Assembly: GCA_019058315.1 (NCBI GenBank)
Contig: JAHPZH010000009.1
Span: 32,001 to 96,000 of the forward strand
Direction: 5' to 3'
Source of the DNA: Candidatus Helarchaeota archaeon
GTDB lineage: Archaea > Asgardarchaeota > Lokiarchaeia > Helarchaeales > RDOG01
Length of the DNA stretch: 64,000 bases
Below, one piece after another: positions 50,392 through 60,784 of the stretch (its first letter is position 1; each line of letters opens with the position of its first letter). Made by a program: the position numbers and the translations under genes. The notes below the pieces were generated by a model. The model did no database searches and was not told where the DNA came from. It saw only the letters and a list, made by a program, of their open reading frames with translations.

Positions 50392-51177
50392 ATGTCAGAA
50401 AAAGAAAAACCTCAAGTGGTCATATTATGTGGTGGATTCGGTTTAAGACTAAGACGAGAAACTGAATTTAGACCAAAACCACTTGTTAAAATTGGACCAC
50501 ATCCAATATTATACCATATTATGAAAATTTATTCCCACTACGGTTATAACAGATTTATTTTATGTCTTGGTTATAAAGGAGAAATGATCAAAGAATATTT
50601 CTTGAATTATGATTTAATGGATCATGATTTTTTATATAATACTAAAACAAGAAATAAGAAAATTTTCTCAGAAGAAAAAGTAGAATCATGGGAAATTCTC
50701 TTCGCTGACACTGGTTTGGCTACTCCAACAGGTGGAAGAGTAAAAAAAATTGAAAAATATATTGAGGAAGATAATTTTCTTCTTACTTATGGTGATGGGT
50801 TAGCAAATATAGATATAAATGATTTATATGAATTTCATTTAAAAATGGACAAAATTGGCACATTAACAGCTATCCATCCTATGTCACCCTTTGGAATAAT
50901 TCAAGTAAATGAAGGGGAAGTTCGATCTTTTAAAGAAAAACCTCAACTTGAAGGTTTAATCAATGGAGGATTTTTTGTTTTTAAGAAAGACTTCTTTGAT
51001 GTACTTAAAATGAATAGTGTATTAGAAGAGACTCCATTAAGGTATTTATCGAGAACTGATCAGCTCTCAGCATATGAACTTAAGGGTTTTTGGATGTGCA
51101 TGGATACTTTTAAGGATACCACGCGTTTAAATGAGATGTGGGAAGTAGGTAATACACCATGGATAATTTGGGAATAA
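50392..51177 (+). CDS. rfbF: Glucose-1-phosphate cytidylyltransferase
   Basis: Motifs LCGGFGLRL, PKPLV, LGYKGEMIKEYF, TYGDG, INGGFF and FWMCMDT. Confidence 0.85.
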   Translation: MSEKEKPQVVILCGGFGLRLRRETEFRPKPLVKIGPHPILYHIMKIYSHYGYNRFILCLGYKGEMIKEYFLNYDLMDHDFLYNTKTRNKKIFSEEKVESWEILFADTGLATPTGGRVKKIEKYIEEDNFLLTYGDGLANIDINDLYEFHLKMDKIGTLTAIHPMSPFGIIQVNEGEVRSFKEKPQLEGLINGGFFVFKKDFFDVLKMNSVLEETPLRYLSRTDQLSAYELKGFWMCMDTFKDTTRLNEMWEVGNTPWIIWE

Positions 51178-51210
51178 TTTTTAAATTATTATAAAATAAC
51201 TCATTTTTAC

Positions 51211-52086
51211 CTATTTATTTTTTCTAATTTGTAAATATTCTTTTAGTGCATCTTTCCAATGAGGCATAATATTTATTCCCAAATCTTTTAATCTTTTATT
51301 CTCTAAAACTGAATATTTAGGACGTTTAATAGCTAAAGGATCTTTTTGACTTTCTTCTTTTCGGTGAATTAAAATAGTAGAAGAGCCAATTTGTCGTATT
51401 ATCTCTTCTCCGAATTCGAACCAACTACATTCCCCCTCATTTGTAACATGAAAAATTCCATATTGATTAGATTCAATAAGTGGAATTAATTGATTTGCAA
51501 TATTTTTTGTTGAGGTAGGTGTAAGCCATTCCTGCCCCCCAAATTCTTGAGTTTCTTTCGTATCAATTAAGCTAATAAACATTTCTACAAAGTTTTTTCC
51601 AGGTTTTCCTATACAAGGATGAATTCCATATAATCCACTTACTCTTATTATGATATATTTATTTAAAATGGATTCAATATAATGTTCACCAGCTAATTTA
51701 CTTATTCCATAAGTATTTAGTGGTTCTGCTATATCAGTTTCTATATATGGATTGCCTTTTTGTCTTTTACCATCAAAAACATAATCTGTACTAACATGAA
51801 GCAATATAGAATTATTTTTTAAACACCAACAAGCTAAATCTCGAGAAGCAATTGCATTCACAGCAAATGCTATTTGAGGGTTTTCTTCACATTTTTTTAA
51901 ATCGTGATAAGCAGCAGTGTTAATAATAAGATCGCCTTTATATGGATCTAAGGTTTTTTTTATGGAGTTTTTATCAGTAATTTCTATATCCGGTTGAATT
52001 AATTGAATGATATCATATTTATTTTTTAATATTTGACAAATATCACTCCCTAACTGACCATTAGCCCCTATAACCACTACTCTCAT
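51211..52086 (-). CDS. rmlD: NDP-4-keto-6-deoxyhexose reductase (RmlD family)
   Basis: Motifs GANGQLG, STDYVFDG, YGISKLAGE and RPKYSVL. Confidence 0.88.
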   Translation of the reverse strand: MRVVVIGANGQLGSDICQILKNKYDIIQLIQPDIEITDKNSIKKTLDPYKGDLIINTAAYHDLKKCEENPQIAFAVNAIASRDLACWCLKNNSILLHVSTDYVFDGKRQKGNPYIETDIAEPLNTYGISKLAGEHYIESILNKYIIIRVSGLYGIHPCIGKPGKNFVEMFISLIDTKETQEFGGQEWLTPTSTKNIANQLIPLIESNQYGIFHVTNEGECSWFEFGEEIIRQIGSSTILIHRKEESQKDPLAIKRPKYSVLENKRLKDLGINIMPHWKDALKEYLQIRKNK

Positions 52087-52123
52087 ATTTCCTCATTTTT
52101 TTAAGAGTTTCGAATTTATTAAA

Positions 52124-52651
52124 TTATCTGTATTTAACTTCCCATTTATATCCCCAAGCATTTGGGGGAATTCTATGCTCATCTGGTTTATCATGATTAT
52201 ATACGTTATTTGCAATAGAAATTAATATGGTATTATCTTCTAAAGACATCCAACCGTGGAAAACTCCGACAGGAACAGTCAGAGTTGAAATATGTTTATC
52301 ACTCAAGGTAATTTCGTTCATTTTACCAAAGAATTCATTATTTTTTCCTTCAATTTTTTTTCGAGCATCAAATAAGGCAAATTTTGCACTACCTTTAATG
52401 ATTGAAAACCAATCAATTAATTCTTTATGACCATGAAATGCTCTTACAGTATTTTTAGAATGATTCATTACAACATAGACTTCTTCAATTTTATCAGTTG
52501 CAAAATGATCATCCGCCCGAATTAGAGAAATTAAAACACCTCTATCATCTATATTGATTCGATTTTTTTCAACAATCACGCCGGGTAATCGTTCAGATAT
52601 AATTTCTGATTTTTCATTTAAAATTCTGTTATCTAAAATTATTTCAGTCAT
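52124..52651 (-). CDS. Cupin NDP-sugar 3,5-epimerase (RmlC-like)
   Basis: Motifs DDRG, RAFHGH and VPVGVFHGW. Confidence 0.8.
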   Translation of the reverse strand: MTEIILDNRILNEKSEIISERLPGVIVEKNRINIDDRGVLISLIRADDHFATDKIEEVYVVMNHSKNTVRAFHGHKELIDWFSIIKGSAKFALFDARKKIEGKNNEFFGKMNEITLSDKHISTLTVPVGVFHGWMSLEDNTILISIANNVYNHDKPDEHRIPPNAWGYKWEVKYR

Positions 52652-52672
52652 TTAATCCACCAAATATATTGA

Positions 52673-53701
52673 TTAATTAATCCATTCTAAATTCTCATTT
52701 ATTTTATTCTCATTCATTAATTTTTTTATTTGCTTTAATGTGATATAAGGAGCTATTTCAAATTCACTTAATTTTTTTTGCTCTAGACTTTGATAAACTT
52801 CTTTTGCACCATCTTTCACTTTATATTTGGGTTGAAATTTCAAGATATCATTAATTTTCGTAAAATCTACTCGATATGATCTTGCATCTTTAGGGTTTAA
52901 ATTCAAGCATTTTACTTCAGAATCCTTTTTTACAGACGCAATAATATCAGCAATCTCTTTAACTCTATAATTTTCAGAATTCATTCCAACATTAAAAATT
53001 TGATGGTGTATCTCATCTATTGGTGCAATTAGACATTTGTAAAATGCAGTACAGACATCTAAAACATGTATATTTGGTCTCCAAGGCATACCATTGCTTT
53101 TCATCTCAATATATCCTTTCGTATATAAATGGCCAGTCATATTATTTACAACAAGGTCATATCTCATCCTTGGTGAAACTCCATATACTGTTGCGTTTCT
53201 TAAAATTACAGGACAAAATGATTTGTCTGCTAATTTGGAAAGATCTTTTTCAGTCATTACTTTGGATTTGGCATAAGCTGTAATCGGACCTAATTCCGAT
53301 TTTTCACTTAAAAAATCACCACCTTGGTAAGAACCATAAACACTACAGGATGAAGAAAAAATAAATCTCTCAATCCCTACATCCTTTGCTAATTTAGCCA
53401 ATTTTATTGATGCTTTATGATTCACATCATAAGTTATTTGTGGATTTAATTCTCCCAAGGGGTCGTTGGAAATGGCTGCTAAATGAACAATTCCATTAAT
53501 TCCTTTAATATCATCTATTTCAACAGTTCTTATATCTTTAATCATTTGTTTACTAACTTTAGTACGAGGAACGTAAGCATAATCCTTAAAGAAACCATTA
53601 TCTAATCCTATTACCTCGAAATCTTTTTTAATCAAATAGTTTGTTAAAACGGAACCAATATAACCGAGATTACCAGTAACTAACACTTTAATTTCTATCA
53701 C
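52673..53701 (-). CDS. NAD-dependent epimerase/dehydratase (extended SDR)
   Basis: Motifs GNLGYIG, HLAAISNDP, SSSCSVYG, YAKSK and RNATVYGVSPRMRYDLVVN. Confidence 0.85.
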   Translation of the reverse strand: MIEIKVLVTGNLGYIGSVLTNYLIKKDFEVIGLDNGFFKDYAYVPRTKVSKQMIKDIRTVEIDDIKGINGIVHLAAISNDPLGELNPQITYDVNHKASIKLAKLAKDVGIERFIFSSSCSVYGSYQGGDFLSEKSELGPITAYAKSKVMTEKDLSKLADKSFCPVILRNATVYGVSPRMRYDLVVNNMTGHLYTKGYIEMKSNGMPWRPNIHVLDVCTAFYKCLIAPIDEIHHQIFNVGMNSENYRVKEIADIIASVKKDSEVKCLNLNPKDARSYRVDFTKINDILKFQPKYKVKDGAKEVYQSLEQKKLSEFEIAPYITLKQIKKLMNENKINENLEWIN

Positions 53702-53847
53702 ACAGCTTCGAAGTCTTCAATTCTTGGAATCTAATAGAAAATTTTTAAACTCCATTATTTATGATTTTCAATAAATGTTTGTGTTTTAAGTATTTGTTTT
53801 TTAAATGAAAAGCAATTCGAAAAAAAAATAAAAAAGAAATTAATTTA

Positions 53848-55146
53848 TTAACGTTCCGATTGGATTGTTTCCAAAGTTTTATGTTTTGTTTCGTAGGGTT
53901 TTATCAAAATAGCAACTAGAAAAGTAAGCATAATTAGCCCGCCTGCTATCCAGAATATTTCCATTGTTGGAAACATAGCAATTAAAACCGACGATAGTAA
54001 TGGACCCACCACATATCCAATACGGCTGAAAGTGTTCACGATACCAATACAGGTTCCCCGATATTCTGTTGGAAAAATTTCTGAGGAATATATCATAATC
54101 CAACCTAACAAGAGTGCCAAGAAAAGAGCAACAAGCCATAGAAAAACGGGTAAGCCTGTGAATCCTAATACAATAAATGAAATTACTGATCCTATGGTCC
54201 CAATGGTTAGAGTTTTATTTCTGCCAAGTTTCTCCATTAAAACACCAGCAAGTATTGCCCCTATTATGGTATTTAAACCAACGATTAGATAAATTCTACT
54301 CCAAGTTTCTACTGAGACTCCTTTAACTATCATATAGTAAGATCCTCCTCCAATCAATGCAAATTTTAGACCAATGTTCCATATACAATAGACTATTGAA
54401 AAAACGATTATATACATAGTATCAGTTCCAGTCATTTTTTCTACACATGCTTTAAATGTTAAAAATTCTCCACCACGTTTTTCATGTTCCATCTTCCATC
54501 TTTCAGTTTCTTTCATGAAATATGAGAGTATTAAGGCTCCAATCATGAAGAAAAACATAATTCCATAAAGCCATCGCCATCCCAATGTTCTTGCAATAAC
54601 TGGACCTAAAAATGAATATAAAGGAATTAACCCTATGAAAAAAGTAATGGTACCGTAAAGTGCTCGTCTTTTGGGTGGGGCTTCCTCTGTAATTGGAACT
54701 TCCCATAGATTTGATAATGTTGCCATTATAATTATTCCATATAAAAGCATGAACCAGTGGAATGCGAGATTTGAAGTTAATGAATCAAGAATTTGGGTGG
54801 GGGGCGTTAGACCTACTATGAGAGCTGGAATTCCCATGAATAAGAGTAAAATAATTATGCCTTTCTTTCTTCCAATTGCATCAGAACTCCAATTTATTAG
54901 AAACACTGCAAATGTAATTATACTGTATATACCTTGCCAAAAAGTAAATTGACTAATAGTAGATTGTCCAAGTTTTGTTAATATAGTTTGAATTTGAATG
55001 GGTGTTAACCAGAATTCTTCTACAATATATGGTATAGCCGTACTTTCTATTAGATTTAAATATTGGTCTATCAACGCTACTAGACCCATGAAAACGATAA
55101 GGAAAGTCATATATCCATTAGACCTTCCCGTAGTAATTTCTGACAT
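53848..55146 (-). CDS. MFS transporter (sugar/organic-ion-like)
   Basis: 12 TM segments with DAIGRK, EEAPPKRR, EKLGR, SEIFPTEYRG and ETK motifs. Confidence 0.9.
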   Translation of the reverse strand: MSEITTGRSNGYMTFLIVFMGLVALIDQYLNLIESTAIPYIVEEFWLTPIQIQTILTKLGQSTISQFTFWQGIYSIITFAVFLINWSSDAIGRKKGIIILLLFMGIPALIVGLTPPTQILDSLTSNLAFHWFMLLYGIIIMATLSNLWEVPITEEAPPKRRALYGTITFFIGLIPLYSFLGPVIARTLGWRWLYGIMFFFMIGALILSYFMKETERWKMEHEKRGGEFLTFKACVEKMTGTDTMYIIVFSIVYCIWNIGLKFALIGGGSYYMIVKGVSVETWSRIYLIVGLNTIIGAILAGVLMEKLGRNKTLTIGTIGSVISFIVLGFTGLPVFLWLVALFLALLLGWIMIYSSEIFPTEYRGTCIGIVNTFSRIGYVVGPLLSSVLIAMFPTMEIFWIAGGLIMLTFLVAILIKPYETKHKTLETIQSER

Positions 55147-55392
55147 AATTTTTTAATTTAATAAGTTTCTTTAAATATTTTTTTGAAAAAAAATTGAAAA
55201 TTTAGGTTAAAGAATTGAATAATACTAAAAATATGAAAAAAATTAATAATTTTTTAGAGAATTTTCGCTTTTTTTTTTCATCTCCACACCCCATTTATTT
55301 ATATCTCAAGCCAAATTGAGTGTTATTAGTTTGTAAATATATTTAGGATTTAATAGTAAAGGTTTGATTAAAAGAAAAAATTAATAGCATTT

Positions 55393-56478
55393 TTGAAAGA
55401 CCATATATATATGGTTAAAATGCCATTTTTGCTCTCTGTAATTTTGGTAACTTGGAATGATACAGAGGATTTAATAAATTGTTTAAAAAATTTGGAAAAA
55501 CAGACCTTTAATAATTTTGAGGTAATAATAGTCGAAAATGGTTCAAGAGAAGAGAATTTACAATTACTTAAGAATTTTTTACGCAATTTTCAACCTAAAA
55601 ATGATTATAAACTAAGAATTTTTTATACGGGGGTAGATGATGGATACACTGGAGGAAATAATTATGGGGTAAAAAAGGCAAGAGGTGAATATATATTAAT
55701 TATAAATCCTGATACAATGGTTAAACCTAATGATATTGAATTACTGATTAATAAATTAAAATCCCTTGAAAAGGAATTAAAAACTGATAAAATATTATTG
55801 AATCCTAGGTTGTGCACCGCAGATGGAAAGCATGAATTTTCAAGAGGGCTGGTAAATTTTCTAGGTTTTGGTCTTATTGATACCTGTAAAACTGAGGCGT
55901 GTGTGGAATCTGATTTTGTATCTGGTGGTTGTTTTATAATGAAGAGAAAACATTTTAAGGAATTAAAGGGATTTGATGCGTCCTATTTTATGTATCAAGA
56001 TGACTTAGAATTTGCACTACGTGCCAGATTAGAAGGTTTTCATATTCTCGTAGAAAATAAAATCTATGTATTACATAATAAAACTCTTAAAGATTATCAG
56101 TTAACCCCGTTTAAATATTATTATATTGAAAGAAATAGAATTAGAACCGTATTAAGGTATACACATTCTAAGAAATTACACTTTTTTATTTTATTATTAT
56201 TTGAACCAATTTTACTTGCTCATGCACTTGTTTCTGGTTTTTTGAAATGCAGATTTAAGATCTATAAATACTTAATTCAAAATTTTTCTAATTTAATAAA
56301 ACCTAAGAGAAAATTTTCTTTAAAACGGAAAATAAAATTCTTAAGATATGAAATGGATGGAGTAGCTGACTTTTTTGGAAATAAAAGGAATAGTGGTATG
56401 GTCAAACTGCTAAATATCTATTCGAAACTTCTCTATTATATCTATTTAAAAAGACTTAAAAAATTTAAAGCAATTTGA
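55393..56478 (+). CDS. GT2 glycosyltransferase
   Basis: Motifs VILVTWN, ENGS, GYTGGNN, INPDT and YFMYQDD. The true start is probably ATG 55411 or 55420. Confidence 0.88.
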   Translation: MKDHIYMVKMPFLLSVILVTWNDTEDLINCLKNLEKQTFNNFEVIIVENGSREENLQLLKNFLRNFQPKNDYKLRIFYTGVDDGYTGGNNYGVKKARGEYILIINPDTMVKPNDIELLINKLKSLEKELKTDKILLNPRLCTADGKHEFSRGLVNFLGFGLIDTCKTEACVESDFVSGGCFIMKRKHFKELKGFDASYFMYQDDLEFALRARLEGFHILVENKIYVLHNKTLKDYQLTPFKYYYIERNRIRTVLRYTHSKKLHFFILLLFEPILLAHALVSGFLKCRFKIYKYLIQNFSNLIKPKRKFSLKRKIKFLRYEMDGVADFFGNKRNSGMVKLLNIYSKLLYYIYLKRLKKFKAI

Positions 56479-56833
56479 TGTATTAGAAAGCATAATTCTT
56501 TTTTATTTTTCTAGTTTGAATAATTGCGGTTAAAAAGTATATGGATTATATTAAGAAAAAAATAAAAGAGGAAAGTTTCATTTTTTGTTTTGTAATAATG
56601 ATTTCAAAAAGTTAAAAAATAATTGTTCCTCTTCTAATTTAAAAAATAAGAAAAAGCATATGGACAATTAATTCATATATCAAAATAATTGTATAAAATA
56701 ATTAAAAATTAGAATCATGTTAACTTATTAACACCACAGAGGAATAAAATCTTATTAAAGATTAATATTTAAAAATTTTTAATAGGGTACTTACTCTTAA
56801 ATTTAAAGATTAGAGAATATTGGCGAGATTTAG

Positions 56834-56980
56834 ATGTCACGACAAAAAACGGGCAAAGGTAGCAGAAAATGCCGCCGGTGTGGAACACATCGAGCAGTAA
56901 TTAGATCATACGGATTATTTGTCTGCCGCCGGTGTTTCCGGGAAATAGCTACAAAATTAGGTTTTAAAAAATACTCTTAA
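56834..56980 (+). CDS. rps14p: 30S ribosomal protein uS14 (Zn-binding; not in ORF track)
   Basis: Manual translation: [48 protein letters not shown]. Lies immediately before uS8. Confidence 0.97.
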   Translation: MSRQKTGKGSRKCRRCGTHRAVIRSYGLFVCRRCFREIATKLGFKKYS

Positions 56981-56996
56981 AGAATGGTGAAGTAAA

Positions 56997-57389
56997 ATGG
57001 TCCTATTAGACCCCCTTGCAAATGCATTATCGAATATAATGAATAATGAAGTTATAGGAAACGAAAATGTTATTGTTCAACCTGCTTCTAAAATTATTGC
57101 CGAATCACTTCGAATAATGCAAAAGGGTGGGTATGTGGGTGAATTCGAGTTTATAGATGATGGACGAGCGGGTAAATTTCTTATTCAGTTATTAGGCCGA
57201 ATAAATAAAGTAGGTGTTATTAAACCTAGGTTCGCTGTAAAGCATGATGAATTTGAAAAATGGGAAAAAAGATTCCTCCCAGCAAAAAATTTCGGATTAT
57301 TAATTATTACAACATCCCAAGGTATTATGTCGCATCCCGAAGCTAAAGCAGCTGGTATTGGTGGTCGATTAATAGCTTATGTTTATTGA
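56997..57389 (+). CDS. rps8p: 30S ribosomal protein uS8
   Basis: [15 protein letters not shown] and GGRLIAYVY motifs. Confidence 0.97.
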   Translation: MVLLDPLANALSNIMNNEVIGNENVIVQPASKIIAESLRIMQKGGYVGEFEFIDDGRAGKFLIQLLGRINKVGVIKPRFAVKHDEFEKWEKRFLPAKNFGLLIITTSQGIMSHPEAKAAGIGGRLIAYVY

Positions 57390-57398
57390 TGTGATTAT

Positions 57399-57977
57399 AT
57401 GGTCAGTGAAACAATCATTACAAAAGAAATCGAGATTCCACAAGGAGTCCAATTAACCCTTGATAATAAGATTGTTAAAGTTTCTGGACCTAAAGGTGAG
57501 TTAAATAGAGATTTTTCTCATGCAAGAGCGTTAAAACTTAGTAAAGATAATAATAAAGTCAATTTAAGTGTTAAAAATCCAAGGAAGAAAACAAAATCAC
57601 TCATATTTACTATAAAATCTCACATTGAAAATATGATCAAAGGAGTGACCACTGGACCATATATGGTGAAGATGAAAGTTGTTTATGCGCATTTCCCTAT
57701 CTCGGTTAAAGTTAAAGAAGACAAAGTATTGATAGAAAATTTTTTAGGAGAAAGAAGTCCTCGTATTGCAAAAATATATGGTGAAAATACCACAGTTGAA
57801 GTTGAAAAAGACGATGTAATAGTAAAAAGCAATGATATTGAAGCAGTTGGACAAACAGCAGCAAATATTCAAAAAGTAACGAAAATTAAAGATAAAGATC
57901 CAAGAACATTTCAAGATGGTATATTCAAATATCAAAAATTTTTAGGAGATAAACTTATCTGGAAATTGAAATTTTAA
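57399..57977 (+). CDS. rpl6p: 50S ribosomal protein uL6
   Basis: YAHFP, NFLGE and DPRTFQDGI motifs. Confidence 0.97.
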   Translation: MVSETIITKEIEIPQGVQLTLDNKIVKVSGPKGELNRDFSHARALKLSKDNNKVNLSVKNPRKKTKSLIFTIKSHIENMIKGVTTGPYMVKMKVVYAHFPISVKVKEDKVLIENFLGERSPRIAKIYGENTTVEVEKDDVIVKSNDIEAVGQTAANIQKVTKIKDKDPRTFQDGIFKYQKFLGDKLIWKLKF

Positions 57978-58004
57978 TTAGGAATTAAATAGAAGGATTT
58001 ATTG

Positions 58005-58511
58005 ATGGCAGAACAAAAGAAACTTCTAAAATTACGAGAAAAAAAGAATAAAAAACAACCCAAATTTCTAAGGGACGAAAGTTGGAGATATAAAAGAGTT
58101 AAAACACCTTGGCGTCGACCAAGAGGGATTGATAGTCGTTTAAGGAGAAAAGAAAAAGGTATAATTAAAAATGTTAATGTTGGTTATAGAGTTCCAAAAA
58201 AAATTCGAGGATTGCATCCAACTGGGTTAAAAGAAGTTTTAGTTCATAATATTAAAGATTTACAGACATTAGATCCAAGAGTAAATATTGCAACTATAGC
58301 AAGTTCTATAGGGAAATTAAAACGAACCTTAATACTTCTAGAAGCAGAAGAATTAGACATTTTAGTTTCAAATCCAGGTAAATTAAAACCAACTGAAGAA
58401 AAAATTCCATTACCAGAAATAAGTGAAGAAGAGGAAGAAATAGAAGAAGATATGGAAGAAGAAATTTCAGATCAAGAAATTGAGAATGAAGAAAATATTG
58501 ATGAAGAATAA
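58005..58511 (+). CDS. rpl32e: 50S ribosomal protein eL32 with acidic C-terminal tail
   Basis: WRRPRGIDS and RGLHPTG motifs. Confidence 0.95.
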   Translation: MAEQKKLLKLREKKNKKQPKFLRDESWRYKRVKTPWRRPRGIDSRLRRKEKGIIKNVNVGYRVPKKIRGLHPTGLKEVLVHNIKDLQTLDPRVNIATIASSIGKLKRTLILLEAEELDILVSNPGKLKPTEEKIPLPEISEEEEEIEEDMEEEISDQEIENEENIDEE

Positions 58512-58553
58512 AAATTTTGATTAATAAATTAAAAAACTGAAAGGTGTTAAAAA

Positions 58554-59003
58554 TTGAATTTATCTGTTCAAAGGGCGTTGGCAGCAAGAATTCTAAAAGT
58601 AGGTAAAGAAAGAATATGGATTGATCCAGAAAGAGAGGATGATGTTTCTATAGCAATTACAAGAGATGATATTAGAAATCTTATCCATGAAAAAGTTATT
58701 AAGGTAAAGTATGACCAAGGAATTAGCCGGGTTAGGGCAAAACAAATAAAAGAAAAGAAAAAATTTGGTAAAAGAAAAGGTGCAGGTAGTAGAAAAGGTA
58801 AAAAATATGCAATTGTTTCTAAAAAACGTAAATGGATTTTAAAAATTCGTCCACAAAGAAAATATTTACGACGTTTAAGGGCTAAGCGTATTATTACATC
58901 TACAAATTATCGGAAATTATATCGCTGGGCAACTGCTGGAATATTTCGGTCAGTTTCACATCTGGAACACTTCATTAATGAGAAGAAGATGAAAAGGAGA
59001 TAG
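58554..59003 (+). CDS. rpl19e: 50S ribosomal protein eL19
   Basis: RIWIDP, TRDDIR, GSRKG and YRKLY motifs. Confidence 0.97.
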   Translation: MNLSVQRALAARILKVGKERIWIDPEREDDVSIAITRDDIRNLIHEKVIKVKYDQGISRVRAKQIKEKKKFGKRKGAGSRKGKKYAIVSKKRKWILKIRPQRKYLRRLRAKRIITSTNYRKLYRWATAGIFRSVSHLEHFINEKKMKRR

Positions 59004-59007
59004 AAAT

Positions 59008-59601
59008 ATGGCAAATGGACCGAGATATAATGTCAAATTTAGAAGACGAAGAGAAGGAAAAACTGATTATTATTATCGTAAAAGATTATTAATGGCAGAA
59101 ATTCCTAGGTTAGTAGTTCGAAAAAGTTTAAGGCATATTTCTTTACAATTAATAGAAGCGCAATTAGAGGGCGATAAAGTTCTAATTTCGGCTCATTCGA
59201 AGGAATTATTAAAAAATTTTGGGTGGAAATTTAGTGGTGGTTCAATTCCAGCAGCTTATTTAACTGGATTATTAGCTGGTTATAAAATTATTAAAAGTGG
59301 TATAGATAATTCCATTTTAGATATAGGAATTTATCGGCCGATTAAAAAAACAAGACTATTTGCAGCATTGAAAGGTGCATTAGATGCAGGTCTTGAAATA
59401 CCACATTCTGAAGATATTTTGCCTGATGAAGAACATATTACTGGATCTCACATTTTAAAATATGCTAAATTGCTTGAATCGAAAAGTCCTGACATTTATC
59501 AGAAACAATTTTCTAAATATTTAAAATTAGGTTTAGATCCTAAAAAAATAGTAGAAATTTTTAACTCAACTAAAGAAAAAATCATAAAAAAATATTCTTA
59601 A
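59008..59601 (+). CDS. rpl18p: 50S ribosomal protein uL18
   Basis: RRRREGKTDY, AAYLTGLL and DAGLEIPH motifs. Confidence 0.97.
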   Translation: MANGPRYNVKFRRRREGKTDYYYRKRLLMAEIPRLVVRKSLRHISLQLIEAQLEGDKVLISAHSKELLKNFGWKFSGGSIPAAYLTGLLAGYKIIKSGIDNSILDIGIYRPIKKTRLFAALKGALDAGLEIPHSEDILPDEEHITGSHILKYAKLLESKSPDIYQKQFSKYLKLGLDPKKIVEIFNSTKEKIIKKYS

Positions 59602-59631
59602 TATTAAAAAATGTAAATTTAAGTGTAAATT

Positions 59632-60258
59632 ATGGCTCAAGAAGAAATTAGTTTAGATAGTTGGAAACCTCAGACAAAATTAGGTCGTTTAGTTAAAGAA
59701 GGATATATTACTTCAATTGATGAAATTTTTCAAAATGTTTATACTATAAAAGAACCTGAAATTGTTGATTTTTTATTACCAAATCTTCAAGAAGAAGTTA
59801 TTGACATTAATCTTGTCCAAAAGCAAACAGATGCTGGGGAACGATCACAATTTAAAACTACAATTATTATTGGCGCACCGGGTTATATAGGTATAGGAGA
59901 AGGTAAGAACCAAGAAATAGGTCCTGCTATACGAGCAACAATTTCTCATGCGAAATTAAATTTAATTCCTGTCAGAAGAGGTTGCGGTAGCTGGGAATGC
60001 TCTTGTGAGGAGCCACACTCTGTCCCATTTAATGTTGAGGGAAAATCAGGAAGTGTTCGTATTGAACTAATTCCTGCTCCACAAGGTGTCGGCTTGGTGG
60101 CTGCAAAAACTCCTACTACAGTACTAACTTTAGCAGGAATTAAAGATATCTGGACAAGGACTAAAGGACATACAAAAGCAACCCTTAATTTCGCCAAAGC
60201 TACATATAATGCTTTAAAAAATACATATAAAACAATGTATCCAAAGGATGATTGGTGA
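59632..60258 (+). CDS. rps5p: 30S ribosomal protein uS5
   Basis: [17 protein letters not shown] and NFAKAT motifs. Confidence 0.97.
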   Translation: MAQEEISLDSWKPQTKLGRLVKEGYITSIDEIFQNVYTIKEPEIVDFLLPNLQEEVIDINLVQKQTDAGERSQFKTTIIIGAPGYIGIGEGKNQEIGPAIRATISHAKLNLIPVRRGCGSWECSCEEPHSVPFNVEGKSGSVRIELIPAPQGVGLVAAKTPTTVLTLAGIKDIWTRTKGHTKATLNFAKATYNALKNTYKTMYPKDDW

Positions 60259-60278
60259 GTTTTCAAGGAAGTAAAGTA

Positions 60279-60770
60279 ATGTCAAAAACAATTGAACCAA
60301 AAAAAAGATTAGTTGCAATACGAATTCGAGGTAACGTAGGAATTAGAAAATCAATAAAAGAAACATTGCAGTATCTAAGATTATTTAAAGTGAATCATGC
60401 AATATTGTTAGATGATAGGAAAAGTTATAAGGGTATGTTGCAGAAAGCTAAAGATTATATTACATGGGGTCAAATAGATAAAGAAACACTTTTTCGATTA
60501 ATAAAGGAAAGAGGTCGATTGATGGGTAATTTGCCTTTAACCGATGAGCATATTAAAAAATATACAAAATATAACTCCATAAAGGAGTTTTCAGATGCAA
60601 TTTTCAATTTAGAAACAGAATTTGTAAAACTCCCATATCTAAAACCCATTTTCAGATTACATCCTCCAAAAAGAGGATATAAATTTAGTAAAAAGAGAGC
60701 ATATAAGGCTAGAGGGGAATTAGGAAATAGAGGCATTGAAATAAATCCATTATTAATGAGAATGATTTAG
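60279..60770 (+). CDS. rpl30p: 50S ribosomal protein uL30 (archaeal long form)
   Basis: IRIRG, KDYITWG and FRLHPP motifs; ATG at 60279. Confidence 0.95.
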   Translation: MSKTIEPKKRLVAIRIRGNVGIRKSIKETLQYLRLFKVNHAILLDDRKSYKGMLQKAKDYITWGQIDKETLFRLIKERGRLMGNLPLTDEHIKKYTKYNSIKEFSDAIFNLETEFVKLPYLKPIFRLHPPKRGYKFSKKRAYKARGELGNRGIEINPLLMRMI

Positions 60771-60784
60771 GCTGGTAAGATTAA

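Noticed and set aside
50304-56833. Mobile element or genomic island with att sites
   Set aside because: I saw no integrase, transposase, tRNA or direct repeat, and composition looks similar to the flanks.
58420-58511. Acidic tail of eL32 as a separate domain
   Set aside because: It is a low-complexity Glu/Asp extension of a kind often seen on archaeal r-proteins, with no evidence of a distinct function.
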